A DNA stretch of 64,000 nucleotides, taken from the NCBI RefSeq assembly GCF_024521635.1, contig NW_026250442.1, forward strand, positions 62,001-126,000, read 5' to 3'. The translations under genes were made by a program, and so were the position numbers. Shown one piece after another: positions 51,273-64,000 of this stretch. Origin of the DNA: Tricharina praecox (lineage: Eukaryota). Each line of letters begins with the position of its first letter. Positions within the stretch are counted from its first letter, which is position 1. Under the pieces are notes generated by a model. The model was given only the letters and a program-made list of their open reading frames with translations. It was not told the origin of the DNA and ran no database searches.

Positions 51273-53485
51273 CTAACGCTCTCCCCGCTGCCAATTGTTG
51301 ATGATAGCCATCAGGCCCACGCCAATGACCACCACGCCCAACAGCGAAGCGTACGGTGCAGCGCCGCTCTGTTTCCGCAGCAGCAGCGTGTGCTCTTTGC
51401 TCAGCTGCGTGACCGTCAGCGCCGAGTCGGAGCGCATGATGCCCGGTGGGGCGCTAGCTCTTCGTCTCCCGTCGATGACGACCTGGGTCGACGAATCGGT
51501 AGTGTCCGCGTCGTCCGTCTGGCTTCCCGACTCCCGTGCCCGCTGTAGCCGCTCGTCCTCCTCCTTCCTGATGGCGCGGATCGTCTCAAAGAGCGTTTTC
51601 TTGTCTGAATCCCGCTCCTTCTCTGCCGCGTCCGCTCGCAGCTCGGCGACCTCGGCGCGCATCCGATACGAAAGCATGTCGCTCTTGACGTTTGCGAGCT
51701 CGCGCAGGATCTGCTCCATGCGTTGCTGCAGTTCGGCGGCGGCCTGGGCGGCGGAGTCGGCGGCATCGTCTCGGTCCTTCTTGTCTTGTTCTTTGATCTG
51801 TGAGCTTTCTACTTCCTGTCTACTTTCATCACGCTCATCACTTGGAGATGCGAGCTCACGAGGTTTTCCTGCGTCTTGTGCCAGCCGTGTCGCGTTCTTC
51901 TCCAACCGTGCCGCCTTGTCCTCTGCCGCCTCTCGCGCTTCTTTTTCCTTTCTCAGCGCATCCTCGAGATCTTGGATTCGTGCCGAGTTCGTCTCGACCT
52001 CCTTCCGCGCCCGCGCCAATTCTCCCAGCAACGACTGGATCGCCTGCGGAGGTTCAGCCTTCACCGAGCGATCGGGTTTGATCGACCGAGCGAACATGGC
52101 ATCGCCGGATGTGATTCGCGAGAATTCGGAAGCGACGACGGTTTTGTCCTGGGGAAGCGGAGGGAGTGGGCTCTTTGGCGGGGGTATCCCGTTCGTCTGG
52201 GGAGCCTCATGCATTGCTGCTGCAGGCTTGGATGCCAAATCGATCACCTTTGGCACTGGGGGGACGGCGGAGAGGAGAATATCAAAGACCTCTTGCGTCC
52301 GCTGAAGGTCCTGAGACTGCTGTTTGGCGGCGTACAGTTCTTGCTGACGGGATGTTAGGCGACGAGAACGAGGGAAACACAACGGAAACGCGCGCTTACG
52401 TTTAGTTTCTTGACCACCATCTCCATCGATACCGGCGCCATCATGATCTGTTGTTGACGATGTGTGGGTCCTGCAACGTTTCCGCCGTTACCCATCGCAC
52501 CTCTAGTACTCTGCGACCCACCCCGCCCCCGCAAACTCTGCGCGGAACCATGAGAAGGAGGGCCCATAAGGTTTCCGTTTACAAGGGGATCAATTTCCCC
52601 AAAGTTAACCTCGAAACCCTGCATCGGCGGGCCAGCGTGTTCAACCCTTGCCGCCACCTTGTGATGTACAATCGTCTTGTTGTCGTCACCGACAATATCA
52701 ATGCCCAACTCCAGCACGTCCTCCGTCCGCAATTCGTGTGCTTCGCTCTCGACGTTTTCTTGCGAGAGGCGTTGCCCGTTGACGAAGGTGCCGTTCGACG
52801 ACTTGATATCGCGGATCCAAACCTTGTTGCTGACCTTGTCGGCCCAGACCTCGGCGTGCTGTCGCGAGAGCACCTTGGAATCGAAGAAGCCGTTCGTCTG
52901 GGTCGGCAACGTTTTGGCGTTGGTCTGCCGGCCGATTCGAAGTGTATCCGGGTAATACGGCAATGGGATCTGCTTCCGCTCAAAGGTGGCATTCAAGGGT
53001 ACAAGCAACAGGTAGGATTGCTGCTGCTGCTGCCCGTTCTGTTGCATCTGGCCGCCGCTCATCAGATGCTGCGAGGGCAGGATCGGGCCAGGCTGGTGGA
53101 TCCCGTTGACGGCGCTGGGAGGCTGAGCCGATATGGAGCCGTTCGTCCTCACATGATTGACATCGGACTTGGGCCATCCCCCGAGACTGTTGCCGTTCAC
53201 CAATCCGGCGCCGTTCACGCTCCCCGCGCGAGACGTTGCTTTCTTCTTCCCGCCCAAAGAACTCACCCAGCCGCCGTTCGCCATGCTACTACTAGTGCTG
53301 CTGCCATTCGTGTTTCCGTTTCCATTCGTGCTGTTCTCGAGCGGCGAGTTGTTGCCGGACTGCATTCCGTATCGTTGAGCCTTACTCCGCGGTAAAAAGA
53401 TATCAGCCGTCATCGAGTCGAGGGGTCCCTGGCTGTTCCAAGATCGCGGGACGTGAACATTCGGGGGTTGGGCAACGGCAGTCAT
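51273..53485 (-). CDS. VPS64: FHA-domain tail-anchored STRIPAK subunit (SLMAP/Vps64/Far10/Pro45)
   Basis: FHA motifs IGRQTN, FDSKVLSRQHAE and DIKSSNGTFVNG; coiled coils; C-terminal TM helix; intron 52344-52399. Confidence 0.9.
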
Positions 53486-56400
53486 AAGTCAAGTGAAGTC
53501 CGTATCGGCAGAGCTGAGTGTACCCCGGCCGGAGAAGGAGGCGGAGATGGATCCGGTAGTCTCTCTCCCTAAGGGTGGCCAACCACGGTAGTGGGTAAGG
53601 TGGGGTGAGGGGGTGGGGACAGTTTTTATGCTGCGACACCTCTTCGTCAGTAGATGAGCCAATACTTCGGGCAAGGTTTGGTTTTTTTTTCTCTCTCTCT
53701 CTCTCTTTCTTTTCGCGTGAGCGTGAGCGAGAGAGCGCGCGCTGGGTATCGGAGTGAATCTGAGCGAAGGGGAACGAGAAAGTTTCGGGAGAAAGCAAAA
53801 CGACAGTCAACACGTGACTGCGAGCTGGATGGCAGTTCTCTCGAGCGAGCGTGCGTGCGAGCGTGCGACGGAGCGCACGAGCCTAGCGGCTCGAGGGTAG
53901 AGTGTAGTGGAATGACATGGAGGAGGGAAAGTAGGTGAGTAAGTAGTGGGAGGCGACAAACCGATGTGGACCCGAACCGGAGCAGACCAACTTATCGCGA
54001 ACAAGCAAACAGCGCGGCGCCGGAGGGGATGTCGAGTGTGTATTTTAATGTTCCGTGCGGATCGACCTCGGCGACAGCGGCGACGGCGGCGGAGGCGGAG
54101 TGGGAGGGACGAGTATGAATGTAGGTGGCTAATACGCAGGATCGATGGGCGCACACACACGCGTGTGTCTGTGTCGGTGGGGAGACCTGTGTCTGGAGAG
54201 GAATAGGAGGTGAAGGAGAGTTTTTCGTGTCCGCGGTTGTTGCCGAACCGAGCTGTGTCTCGCGATGGCTTTCTGTGGTCGATGGGCGATGGGGGGGACG
54301 AGAAGTGCCAGGGGGTTGGTGGTGGTGGGCGGTGGGTTTGGTTAGGTGGAGGGTTTGTGGGTTTGTGGATGTGGGTAGTCGGCGGCGGAGGTGGTGGTAG
54401 TGGTGGATGGGACGAGGACAGATGGTACTTCGAAGTCGGTAGCAGCAGCGATCTAGGGAAGGTATCTGCCTTCTGTGGCTTTTCACTCTTGTCTGCGGTT
54501 CCTTCCTCTTTGCGACTTTTCGATTTTGGATTTTTCGACTTTTCGATCACTCTCCTTTGAATTGCTTTTCGGGGAGGGGGAAGGGTCCCTTGAATTTCTC
54601 CGTTCGTGGTGTTTTATTTTCCCGATTATTCGCGTGTCTTGTATCTCGTCTCGTTGCGCGCTATCCTGACACTCGATTTCTATGCTTGCGTGGTCGCGAA
54701 CGTCGCTAGTTGTCGCTGTCGATGTCGCTGTCGCTGTCGTTGTCGTCGTTGTCGCTGTCGTTGTCGTCGTTGTCGTTGTCGTTGTCGTCCTCGCAGTTAC
54801 CGTTGCCGTTGTCGTTCCAGTCTCTTCGTTCGAGTCAAGCCAGCGGTCGTGGTCCTGGGGGAATCTCGTTCTTCACAGTGCACGTCGTCGTCGCAGCGAT
54901 GGATGTGTACGAGGAAACAAAACAAAAACACCCTTCCTTCCTACCTTCCTTCCTTCCTTGCTTGCTGCGTTCGATTCGACAGTGATCGATTATTATGATT
55001 TACCCACACCCACCCCCACCCCCACCCCCATACTACCTACGGCAACCACACTCACTTCCTCACATTCCCCAAGTATTTACTTGCCTGCCTGCTTGCTTAC
55101 CTTCTCCAACCGCCCTGCCTGGCCAGTAGAGTGGCTGCTGCTGCTTTCCTGTCGCCGAGCCTCTCCCCCTCTCTCTCTCCCTTCCATTCTCCATATCATA
55201 CACGCCGTAGAGCACGGTACATCCACAACTTTTGCCCGCGTTTCGCCACTGGCAATCCTTGCTCCTGTGCTCGCCCGCAGGCCCCCTCACCCAATCCCAT
55301 CAATCCAAAACTGCACTGGAGATAGATAGCATCCATCGGCTTGCTTACGGTACGGGGGTCGTTGTGAAAGGGGCGGATGCGGGTGCGGGCGCGCGGTAGG
55401 CGGTGAAATACTGAGGAGTAGGAGGTGGAGCAGGAGGAGGAGGACATACTGCCACTCTATACGGTACTCTACTGTAGTAGGGGCCTACCTTCATAGCATG
55501 CTGGATACATTGCGATAGTTATCTACGGTACTCTACTCTACATGCTAACTGCCAGAGTAGATTCTGGGGTGCTGCGAGTGGGGCGAACGGCGTCGCACTT
55601 GAGGCCGGGGTGGCTACTACTGCTACTCCTGTTGGTATACCGGCGGTACTCTACTCTATGTATGCACCTACATACATCCCCAGATTCACGGTGATGGCTG
55701 ACGAGAGTAGGTGATGCCCTCGAGTCATGGTGGGTGATTGCTGCCCGGAAGGAGAGTGACTGATGCCCTGCTGTGGCCTTCCTCCCTGCCTCCCTCCCTC
55801 CCGACGGCCAATACAGTGCCAGAAGGGCTCGCAGTGGTCCGTAACTACAATTCTATGCTCTACTCTCCCCCGGTGTGGCCTGGGCGGCAATCGATGGCGA
55901 ACTCGAACGCGACTCCACAATCCCACCTCCACGCCCCACTGAATTACGAGCACGTACCTACCGGTCGCGGTTCTTCCCTGGTGTCCGCCTGCAGATCCCA
56001 AGGACTAGCGGACACACTACAGCGCAGCCAGACAAGTCCGAGCTGACATGGAAATGAGAGGTGAGTGTGGCTGAGCAGGAGCACGGAGGATAAGGAGGAG
56101 AAGGGGCACGCGAAGGGGGACGAGGAGGGGGAGAACAATAGGCAGCAGACAGCTCTGTTTCGCTGGATAGATACATCTCCAGAAGTACCGGAAGTACCGG
56201 AAGTACCGCAGGTGCTCTACCGAATCCCAATTGGCCTGCCGGACCGACTCCACCTCGCCCCTCCCCATAGGCGCTCAAGGGACAGGCTGCCGGCGTAGAG
56301 TACAAGTCATGAAGAACACCCAGAGAACAAATCGTGCCTGTCTCCTACTCGACTGCTGCCATCTACGGTATGCAGTCGGGTCATTCGTGACGTCCATCCA

Positions 56401-57306
56401 TCCAACGTCCATCCACCTATCTCTCCTTCCACCCATCCTTCCACCCATCCGCCTGTCCATCCTTCCACTCATCCACTCATCCACCCATCCTTCCATCCTT
56501 CCATTCTCCACGAGCCATTCTCCACGAGTCCTTCTCCTGCATGAATGCTGTACCTGTACCGTATCCAACCGTTCAGTTCGGCTGTCTACGTGGATACATA
56601 TCGTCCCTCGCGCTAGTAGTGACTTGGGGACGATGGACCGTGGCCGCCCCTGGGGCCTGGGGCCCAGTGCTAGCTGAGTAGCGATGACGTTGCCCGTGAT
56701 CCCCGTGAGCGCCCGTGAGCGAAGCACAGAAGAGCAGAGCAGAGTACCAAGGTACCTGGCCGAGTAGACGAGACAAACAGAATGTCAACTCGATAACAAG
56801 TGCTCTGTTACTTACCAAGCTCGAGCGAACACCTCCGGAGGTGTCTGTCACTCCTGAGTGCTCTCGTGCTCTCTTGCGGCTGATTCACCTCTGACAAGCT
56901 TGCCCCGTCGTTGGTCGTGGGTCGTTGGTCGTTGGTCCCACCCAGGTCCCGTCTTCTTCTTCCTGCCCGGTCGCACAGCTGACTGCAAATGTCACCTGTA
57001 CGCGACCGGGCACCAACCGCAAAAGCAGCAGGCATGTCATATCCGTGTCCGGCGCGAAAAGGGAAAGGGAAAAAAAAGATGCCAGAGCTATGTAAGTCAT
57101 ACATAGAGCTGGCCTCTAAGCTACCTTCTTGGAACGTGACTCTTGCGGCTCTGGTGGCTCCAACCACATCTCAGCACACACAAATCCAACTCCCCCCCCC
57201 CCCCCCCCCCCCTCAAACCCTCCACCACCCCCCATTCCCTCGCCCGCCAGCGATAGATGATGCTGAAGCATCTCATACACTCGCCCTCAGCACCTTTGAT
57301 CCAGCC

Positions 57307-60259
57307 ATGAGCTCCTCTTTCACCACACTCCTGGCCGTGTACGTCCTCGGGGGGCTAACCTTTGTACCTTTGATCGCGCTGCTACTGCTACTGCTCGCCT
57401 ACTACACCTTCCCCGAAGCCGTGCGGCGTGAGCCGCCCGAACCCTCTCTGCAGCGCCCGCTCGAGGAGGACGTGTTTAAGACCGACGACGAGAAGCTGGT
57501 GCGGCGGTTGACGAACTCTGTCGACGTGGCCGCGGGCTACTTCCTCGTGACGCGGGAATGGGTGCCCTCTGGAATCAACGGAAGGCCCCCGGAGAGAGCT
57601 TCGCCCGTCGCTGGGAACGCCGCCCCGCAGCCTACTACGAACCAGAATAACTCCCCCTCTGTATACCAGTCCATGTACCGCAGCTTGTTCGATAGGAAGT
57701 CCAGCATCGGCGCCGCGGATGTCGCAAATAATCTTAAGCCAAAGGGGAAACGCCCAACTAATGAGTTCTTTGTCGTGCTGAGGTATGCTCTTTCAGCAGT
57801 CTCCCGAGAGATCTCTCTATATATATCTCTCTCTCCCTCCATCTCTCTCTCTCTCTCTTGACCGAACAGAAAAAAGAAAGGAAAAATGCGGTCGCTAACA
57901 CGAAGCTGCGTGGTAGACACGGTTACCTCATGCTCTACGATGACGAACAGCAAGTCGAGGTTCGCCATGTCGTGTCCTTAAGTCTCTATACCGTCAGCAT
58001 CTACGGCGGCGGCGAGATCATTCCGGAGGGCGAGCTGTATATCCGACGGAACGCCATATGCCTCACGCGACGACCCGATACCATGAAAGCGACGCTCGAC
58101 GAGAGTGCCGGGCTGCCCTTCTACATGTTCTCGGAGAACTGCTCCAACAAGGAGGACTTCTATCTGGCTCTGGTCAAGCACCAAGAGAAGTCGGCCGACG
58201 ACCCGACGATACCGCCCAGGCCTCTCCGCTACCGCCAGAAGGATGTCATCTCGTTGGTCCAGCGGCTGCATTCTTCCGAGGACCAGCTGCAGATGAATTG
58301 GGTCAATGGCCTGCTCGGGAGGGTGTTCCTGTCGATCTATAGGACGCCGGAAGTGGAACAGTTCTTTCGCTCCAAGATCGTCAAGAAAATCTCCCGTGTG
58401 GCCAAACCGAATTTCCTGTCCGATATCAAGGTGCAGCATATATACGTTGGCGACTCGATCCCCTATATTACCAACCCCCGGCTCAAGGAGATGACTGCGG
58501 ACGGTGACTTTTGCTGCGAATTCGATGTCACCTACACGGGGAATTTCAGACTGGTATGTTTGCTCCCAGCGGTGAGAGGACGGAATGCTGAGATCCCCTC
58601 CCCGCGCCGTAGGAAATCGCGACAAAGGCGACCATGAACCTCGGGGCTCGATTCAAGCCTCGTGAAGTCAACCTGCTCCTTGCCGTGCTGCTGAAGCGAC
58701 TGGAAGGCCACGGTGTGATCCGGATCAAACCCCCGCCGAGTAACAGACTGTGGTTCGCTTTCGAGCGCATGCCCAAGATGGAACTGGTGATCGAGCCCAT
58801 CGTAGGATCGCGACAGGTGGCCTGGGGACCCATCCTCCGTATCATCGAGAGTCGCATCAGAGAGGTCATCGAGGAATCGGTTGTCCTGCCGTACTACGAC
58901 GATATTCCCTTCACCGACACGATCGACCAGAAGTTCCGCGGAGGAATATGGCACACGCACAAGAAATCGCCGCCGCCCGCTGCCAGGGAAACCGAGAAGG
59001 AGCTGGCGGATATCGACGATGTTAACGAGTTGGGGATGGATATGGATGAACAGCAGCAGACACCAATTATACACCTGGAAGCGGCGGGTGAGCCGGCGAT
59101 ACCCATGGCAGCACATATAGCCACATCTACCTCCGCTTCCTCGGACGAGACGAGGGCAACCTCCGTGTCCGGACTGGCAGTCGACAACGATGACAGTTCC
59201 CCGCGTCCGTCGCGAACGCCGTCGGTTAAATCCAAGAATTCTTCAAGTGAGCGAAAAAAGACTGTCCGCGCCCTTTCCTTCAGCTCAATAACCCCTACTC
59301 CTCCAGCGCCGTCGATAGGCACAGATGCGATAAATGTCACCGCGGTCCGGGACAGAAGCGATTCCAACACGGATCCAAACACTGCAAGCTCAGCACTCTC
59401 CCGGGCTTCGGCTAGTCCGAAATCTCCATCACCGATATCACTCGGCCCACCTAGCCGGCTGAAACATATTCAACCGCGGGCAGAATCGTACGGTGATGAT
59501 GATCTAGCTAGACAGGAAAACTACGAAGGTGCTGGTACCGGTATTGGTAACATGACTGGTGGCTCCATGGAGGGGTTCGGCAACAACTACAACGGACCCA
59601 ACAAATTCCTCACGCCGGGCTCTCGCACCTCTACCAACAGCAGCAACAAAGGACCGCTCGACACCATCGCCGCGATCGGCACCGCCACCGCAACAATAAA
59701 GAAATGGTATTCCACGCGTAAAAACCCCAGCACATCCACGACGCCCACTTCAGCAACCGAGGATCATCCCGCACCTCTCTCCACCAGCACCACCTCCTCG
59801 TCCTCGCGCTCCATGGCACCCGCCATAATCCCGCCTCCGCCCATCAAAAAGCCCACACCCCCCATCGCCGTCCCCACCAAGCGCCGGAACCTCCCGCCCC
59901 CGCTCGTCCCCACCCGGAGAAAAGTCTCGGCGCCCCCGCTCCCGCCGCGCATCGACATCCAGGGCCAGAACCAGAGCGAGGTGCTGGTCGTGGCCGCCCC
60001 CGGCGGCGACGAGCCGACTACCCCTAGGACCGATGAGCAGGAGAGACAGTTCGACGAGCTCTTTGGAAGCTCCGATAGCTCGGGTGGGCAAGAGGGCGTG
60101 CCGTGGACGGCCGGCGAGGAGAGGGAGGTGTGGAATCTTGCTGAGGGGGAGGGCACCGCGAGCGTCAGGAATAGAAATAGGAATAGGAATGGGAGTAGGA
60201 ATACGTGGGGTGGTAGTGGGGCTAGTGGGGCCAGTGGGGCCAGTGGGGATGAGAGGTAG
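57307..60259 (+). CDS. NVJ2: Nvj2/TEX2-like TM-PH-SMP lipid-transfer protein
   Basis: N-terminal YVLGGLTFVPL TM segment, PH region (LRHGYLMLYDD, KEDFYLAL), SMP region (WVNGLLGRVFL, IKPPPSNRLWFAF, ESVVLPYYDD); introns 57783-57916 and 58554-58612. Confidence 0.9.
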
Positions 60260-61168
60260 TTGTTGTGCTGGTGGTGCTGGTGCTGGTGCTGGTGCTGGTG
60301 GAGGAGGCATGTGTACAGTAATTCCCAAAGTTTCATTTCCGGTGCGCGTTACGGATGGAGTTCGTTTACTCTCTTTTTTTACTTTGCTTTTTTGTTTTGG
60401 CTTTTAGCTTTTATGGTTTTATCTTGTGTGGAGGATGCAGCGGATCGGATGGATGGATGGATCGGATGGATGGATCGGATGGATGGTGGAATCTGGGGTT
60501 TTGTTGCTCTCCTTCTCTCCTTCTCTCCTTTTTTTTGCTTTGTGTTTTTGTGTGGTTTTATAGCTTTGCTCTGCTCGTTGGATGTGATTTTTTGTGAGTG
60601 GTGATGGTGGGGAGGGGAGGATAATTGTATTTTTACTTTTACTTTTACTTTTACTTTTACTGCAGGATTGCTGAAGGATTGCTGTTGCTGTTGCTGTTGC
60701 TGCGAGGCATCTTCATGTGTTGTCACTCGATCACTCGGCACTCGGGGCACTCGGCGCGATAAAATCGGAGTGGAGTTGAAGATAGCTTTTACAAGCGGGT
60801 GGGTGGGTGGATGGGCGGGTGGATGGGTGGAAAGCAGGCAAGCAAGCAATCGATCAAGCAATGATTAAACCATAGAAAATGTGGATGGTGGATGGAGGTG
60901 CTGGTGCTGGTGCTGGCAGCCTGGCAGGTCAGGTCAGGTCAGGCTCCTCCTCCTCGCCGTCATGGTCGTCGTCGTCTGGTTACTCGCTATGACCGACGTG
61001 TACAAAAATTGTATTACTGATTTGAAACATTTTTCATTCAAAGTACCAGTCCATCCAATCCATCCAGTCCGTCGGACATCCAGCTCTAAGTACTAGTTGC
61101 GCGGACTGGACTGGATTGAGAGGTTCAGTCCGATTTTTGCAGAAAGACGGGCTGGACTGGACTGGACT

Positions 61169-61287
61169 GGACTATCGGAGGCACTGGACTATCGGAGGCA
61201 CTGGACTATCGGAGGCACTGGACTATCGGAGGCACTGGACTATCGGAGGCACTGGACTATCGGAGGCACTGGACTATCGGAGGCACT
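61169..61287 (+). repeat. Perfect 17-bp minisatellite x7 (GGACTATCGGAGGCACT)
   Basis: Seven identical head-to-tail copies. Confidence 0.95.
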
Positions 61288-62220
61288 GGTACAGGTTGCT
61301 TTCCACACAAAATCTCACAGATTATCACTCATCTCACTCATCTCACTACAACTGGCTAGTGTATGTTCTCATTGGGATTAGGTAGTTGTAGTATATCGCA
61401 TAGCCCGCTCGCGGTTGCTTCCAAGAACCCATCATATGACCACTGGTATTGCACGTACGACAGAAAATCTCGAGGCGTCCTGCTCATGACTTGGGAATCT
61501 AATGTTCAGATTGATCGTGAGCCATAGGCATCTCTTTGTTTATCGGTGTATTCGACCTTCCTGCCAATCGCAGTCATTTTGTATCCAACGTCATTTCATT
61601 GTCGCACACGGCCTATGTAGACCACAGTATGGGGGTCCACATACTTTTTCCACGTACATCTCTTGCAAAAACGGACGTATGGCGAGTGATATCGAATGAA
61701 CTTCTAAAGTGGACTAACCGGAAGACGGTTCAGACCCCTGCACGTGCCCCCTAGCTTTACTATACTTTATCCGCTACGAAACTTTCTGCATCTCAGTCCT
61801 CCTGTTCCCCGCGATCACTCAGTCAAACATTAACAACCTCCAATTCAAAACGCAAACACGTACTCACATACTCACAGTCCCCCGCTGAGCCTCGTCGTCT
61901 GTGCGTCATGCCCTCACACAAATTCAGGAGCTTGACAGCCCTGCACCGTCACTACTGTCTACGCCAAATATCGTACTCCCACCTCCGACAGCAACTACAG
62001 CAACACAGCCTCAGCCACCCACTCTTAAGTCGGTATTCCTTTTCCTCTCCGTCGAATATTGGTTTTCAGCAAGGCACGTAGCTAACAGCTGTTGTGAAGC
62101 CTGACTAATCTGCGCCTACATAGCAGCATAGGTACGGCTGTGGTTCGTCGTAACCCACAGTCGCACTTCTCGACTGTCAGCGACACCTCCACACCTCACA
62201 CATCTTCTTCGCTCGCGATC

Positions 62221-64000
62221 ATGTCGATCCCGAACGCTGTCACCAGCAGCATCAACGCCCTACCACCACCAACCGCCGCACCCATTCCTGATGACAAAGT
62301 CGAAGTCGGCCGTAACATGTCGGAGCCTCCGCTGTTTCCTGCCAACGTGGCGATGAGCGACAGAGTCGATGATGGCGATAATGTCGTCTATCTAGGGATC
62401 AGGGCTGTCGCTGAGGCGAGAGGTGTTGCGGGTGCTACGGGCAGTGCTGCGGGTCCTGCTGACAGTGTTGCGGGTCCTGCGGGCCATGTTACGGATGTTG
62501 CGGGTGGTTTTGAGCAGATGGGGATCAGGCCTGAGCTCGCCCCCGCCCAAGAAGCACCAGTTGTTTTCTCAGGCACAGTTGATCTCGACCGGCTTCTGGG
62601 CATGGTCGCGCGCGAACATAGTGTGCAGCTCCTGGCCGCACCACCGTCGTTTCCTCTGCTCGCCGTACCGCCGAAACAGACGCGTCGCGAGCGTGAGCGT
62701 GCAGATGCCGCAGCCTTGCAACAACAGACAGTCCTGGGGAAGCGTCAGAGGGACCGGTCACCGTCGCCCGAGCTACAGTTGACGGAGGAGTTGTTCGAGG
62801 AGATCGGTATGGTGAATGGGCTGTTCAAGGAGCCTTGTCTGGGCTTGGTCGAGGCTCCGGCCGTTTTCGAGCTGCTTGTTGCCGGAGACTATGCTTTCCG
62901 CGTCAACCTGTCGTTCTCGAGTGGATACCCGTTGGAGGTGCCCGCGCTCATAGCGGTTGAGTCCGAGAACGGAGAGGAGCTCAAGACTTTGGCTCAGGGC
63001 ATCCTGGATGGTATCAAGGATGGCAAGCCGTGTCTAGAGAGACTGGCTCGTGGTATGGCGGAGGCTCTGGAGGAGCAGATCGGCGAGGTGCCTTGGAAGT
63101 ACAAAGCCCACAAAGTGATCCCGATAGTGAACTCCGTGAAAGGAAGGTGGTTTCCCACACTCGAGGAACTCGACATGTTCATGGAGAATCTCCGGGCGGC
63201 CAAGCTGGATTATCCGCCCAAGATGCCAGTCTTTGAGATCAAGGATGGTCTCAAAACAGCGCTCGTCGGTCTCCCCCTGTCATTGCGTTCGTGTGTTTGA
63301 ACTTGGGATGTGTGTGCTAATAGCTATGCCAGATATCGGAAGGGTATGCTCAGGACAAACTCACACAGGAGGGCCAGGTCATAGAAGGGAACGAACGCTT
63401 AGAGTTTCTTGGCGACGCTGTGCTTAACACGCTCATTGCATCCGCCATGTTCCGGATGTACCAAGTAAACGAGGGAGGAATGACGGTATGTGACTGCAGC
63501 TACCGGCGAGCGGCAGGCGGCGTGTATGCTGACCGATGATCAGAAACTACACGACATTCTCCGCTCCAACATGCTGTTCAGCGTTTTCTCGAGGGCGTAT
63601 GAATTCCCAGGCCAGCTGAAGCAGAAGCAAGGTCCAGTAAAACCTTCAGGCTTTTACGAACCAGCCTTCAAAAAGGAGGCGGATATCTTCGAGGCGGTGG
63701 TAGGTGGGCTGCACCTCGACAGCGCTGCCGTGCCCGGGGGTGCGATTGCCATCCAGAAGTGGTTTGACATCTTGATCGAACCATGGATCGATTGGACATT
63801 GACACGAATGAACTCGAACCTAAAGTCGTCGTTCATGACATATAACCGAATTCCGTTGGAGCCTCGCAAGCCATCTAAGGCGCTCGCTCATGCGCCTCCG
63901 GGATCTCGCGCTCGTGCCGGTTCACCGCGACGCAAGATTGCGGTGGCCAGCAGCTCCAGGATAGCCCGCCGCGCCGCTAAGAAGGCGCCTCGCCACTCCA
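62221..64000 (+). CDS. RWD-like domain plus RNase III domain protein (3' end runs off the window)
   Basis: Exons 62221-63264, 63333-63485 and 63544->64000, all phase 0. RNase III signature GNERLEFLGDAVL and second catalytic motif ADIFEAVVGGLHLD. Upstream RWD-like EEIGMVNGLF...FSSGYPLEVP...GKPCL. Confidence 0.85.

Noticed and set aside
61169..61287. CRISPR-like array
   Set aside because: Identical units with no unique spacers, no cas genes, and a eukaryotic context.
62221..64000. Dicer
   Set aside because: No helicase, DUF283 or PAZ region upstream, and only one RNase III domain is visible in the window.

Overview
Gene-dense window of a filamentous ascomycete genome. Short GT-AG introns with CTRAC branch sites and the gene content suggest Pezizomycotina, possibly Pezizomycetes (inference). 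It holds about 18 recognisable housekeeping genes: a TRFH/telobox Myb protein, AIM11, CENP-O/MCM21, ORC2, GDT1, YAE1, GPI12, an AEP2/ATP13-like PPR protein, otubain, SUR7, MET1, SPC19, RAV2, COQ4, PDCD5, MIX17, VPS64/PRO45 and NVJ2. There is also an intron-containing tRNA-Ser(CGA). An accessory island at about 27.5-41 kb carries a degenerate TIR element, a repeat-built orphan gene, a gene frameshifted by an 8-bp duplication, and other orphans. The most unusual item is at the right edge: a spliced gene, only partly visible in the ORF track, that joins an RWD(UBC-like) domain to a catalytically intact RNase III domain. All family calls come from motif recognition by eye, not from database searches.
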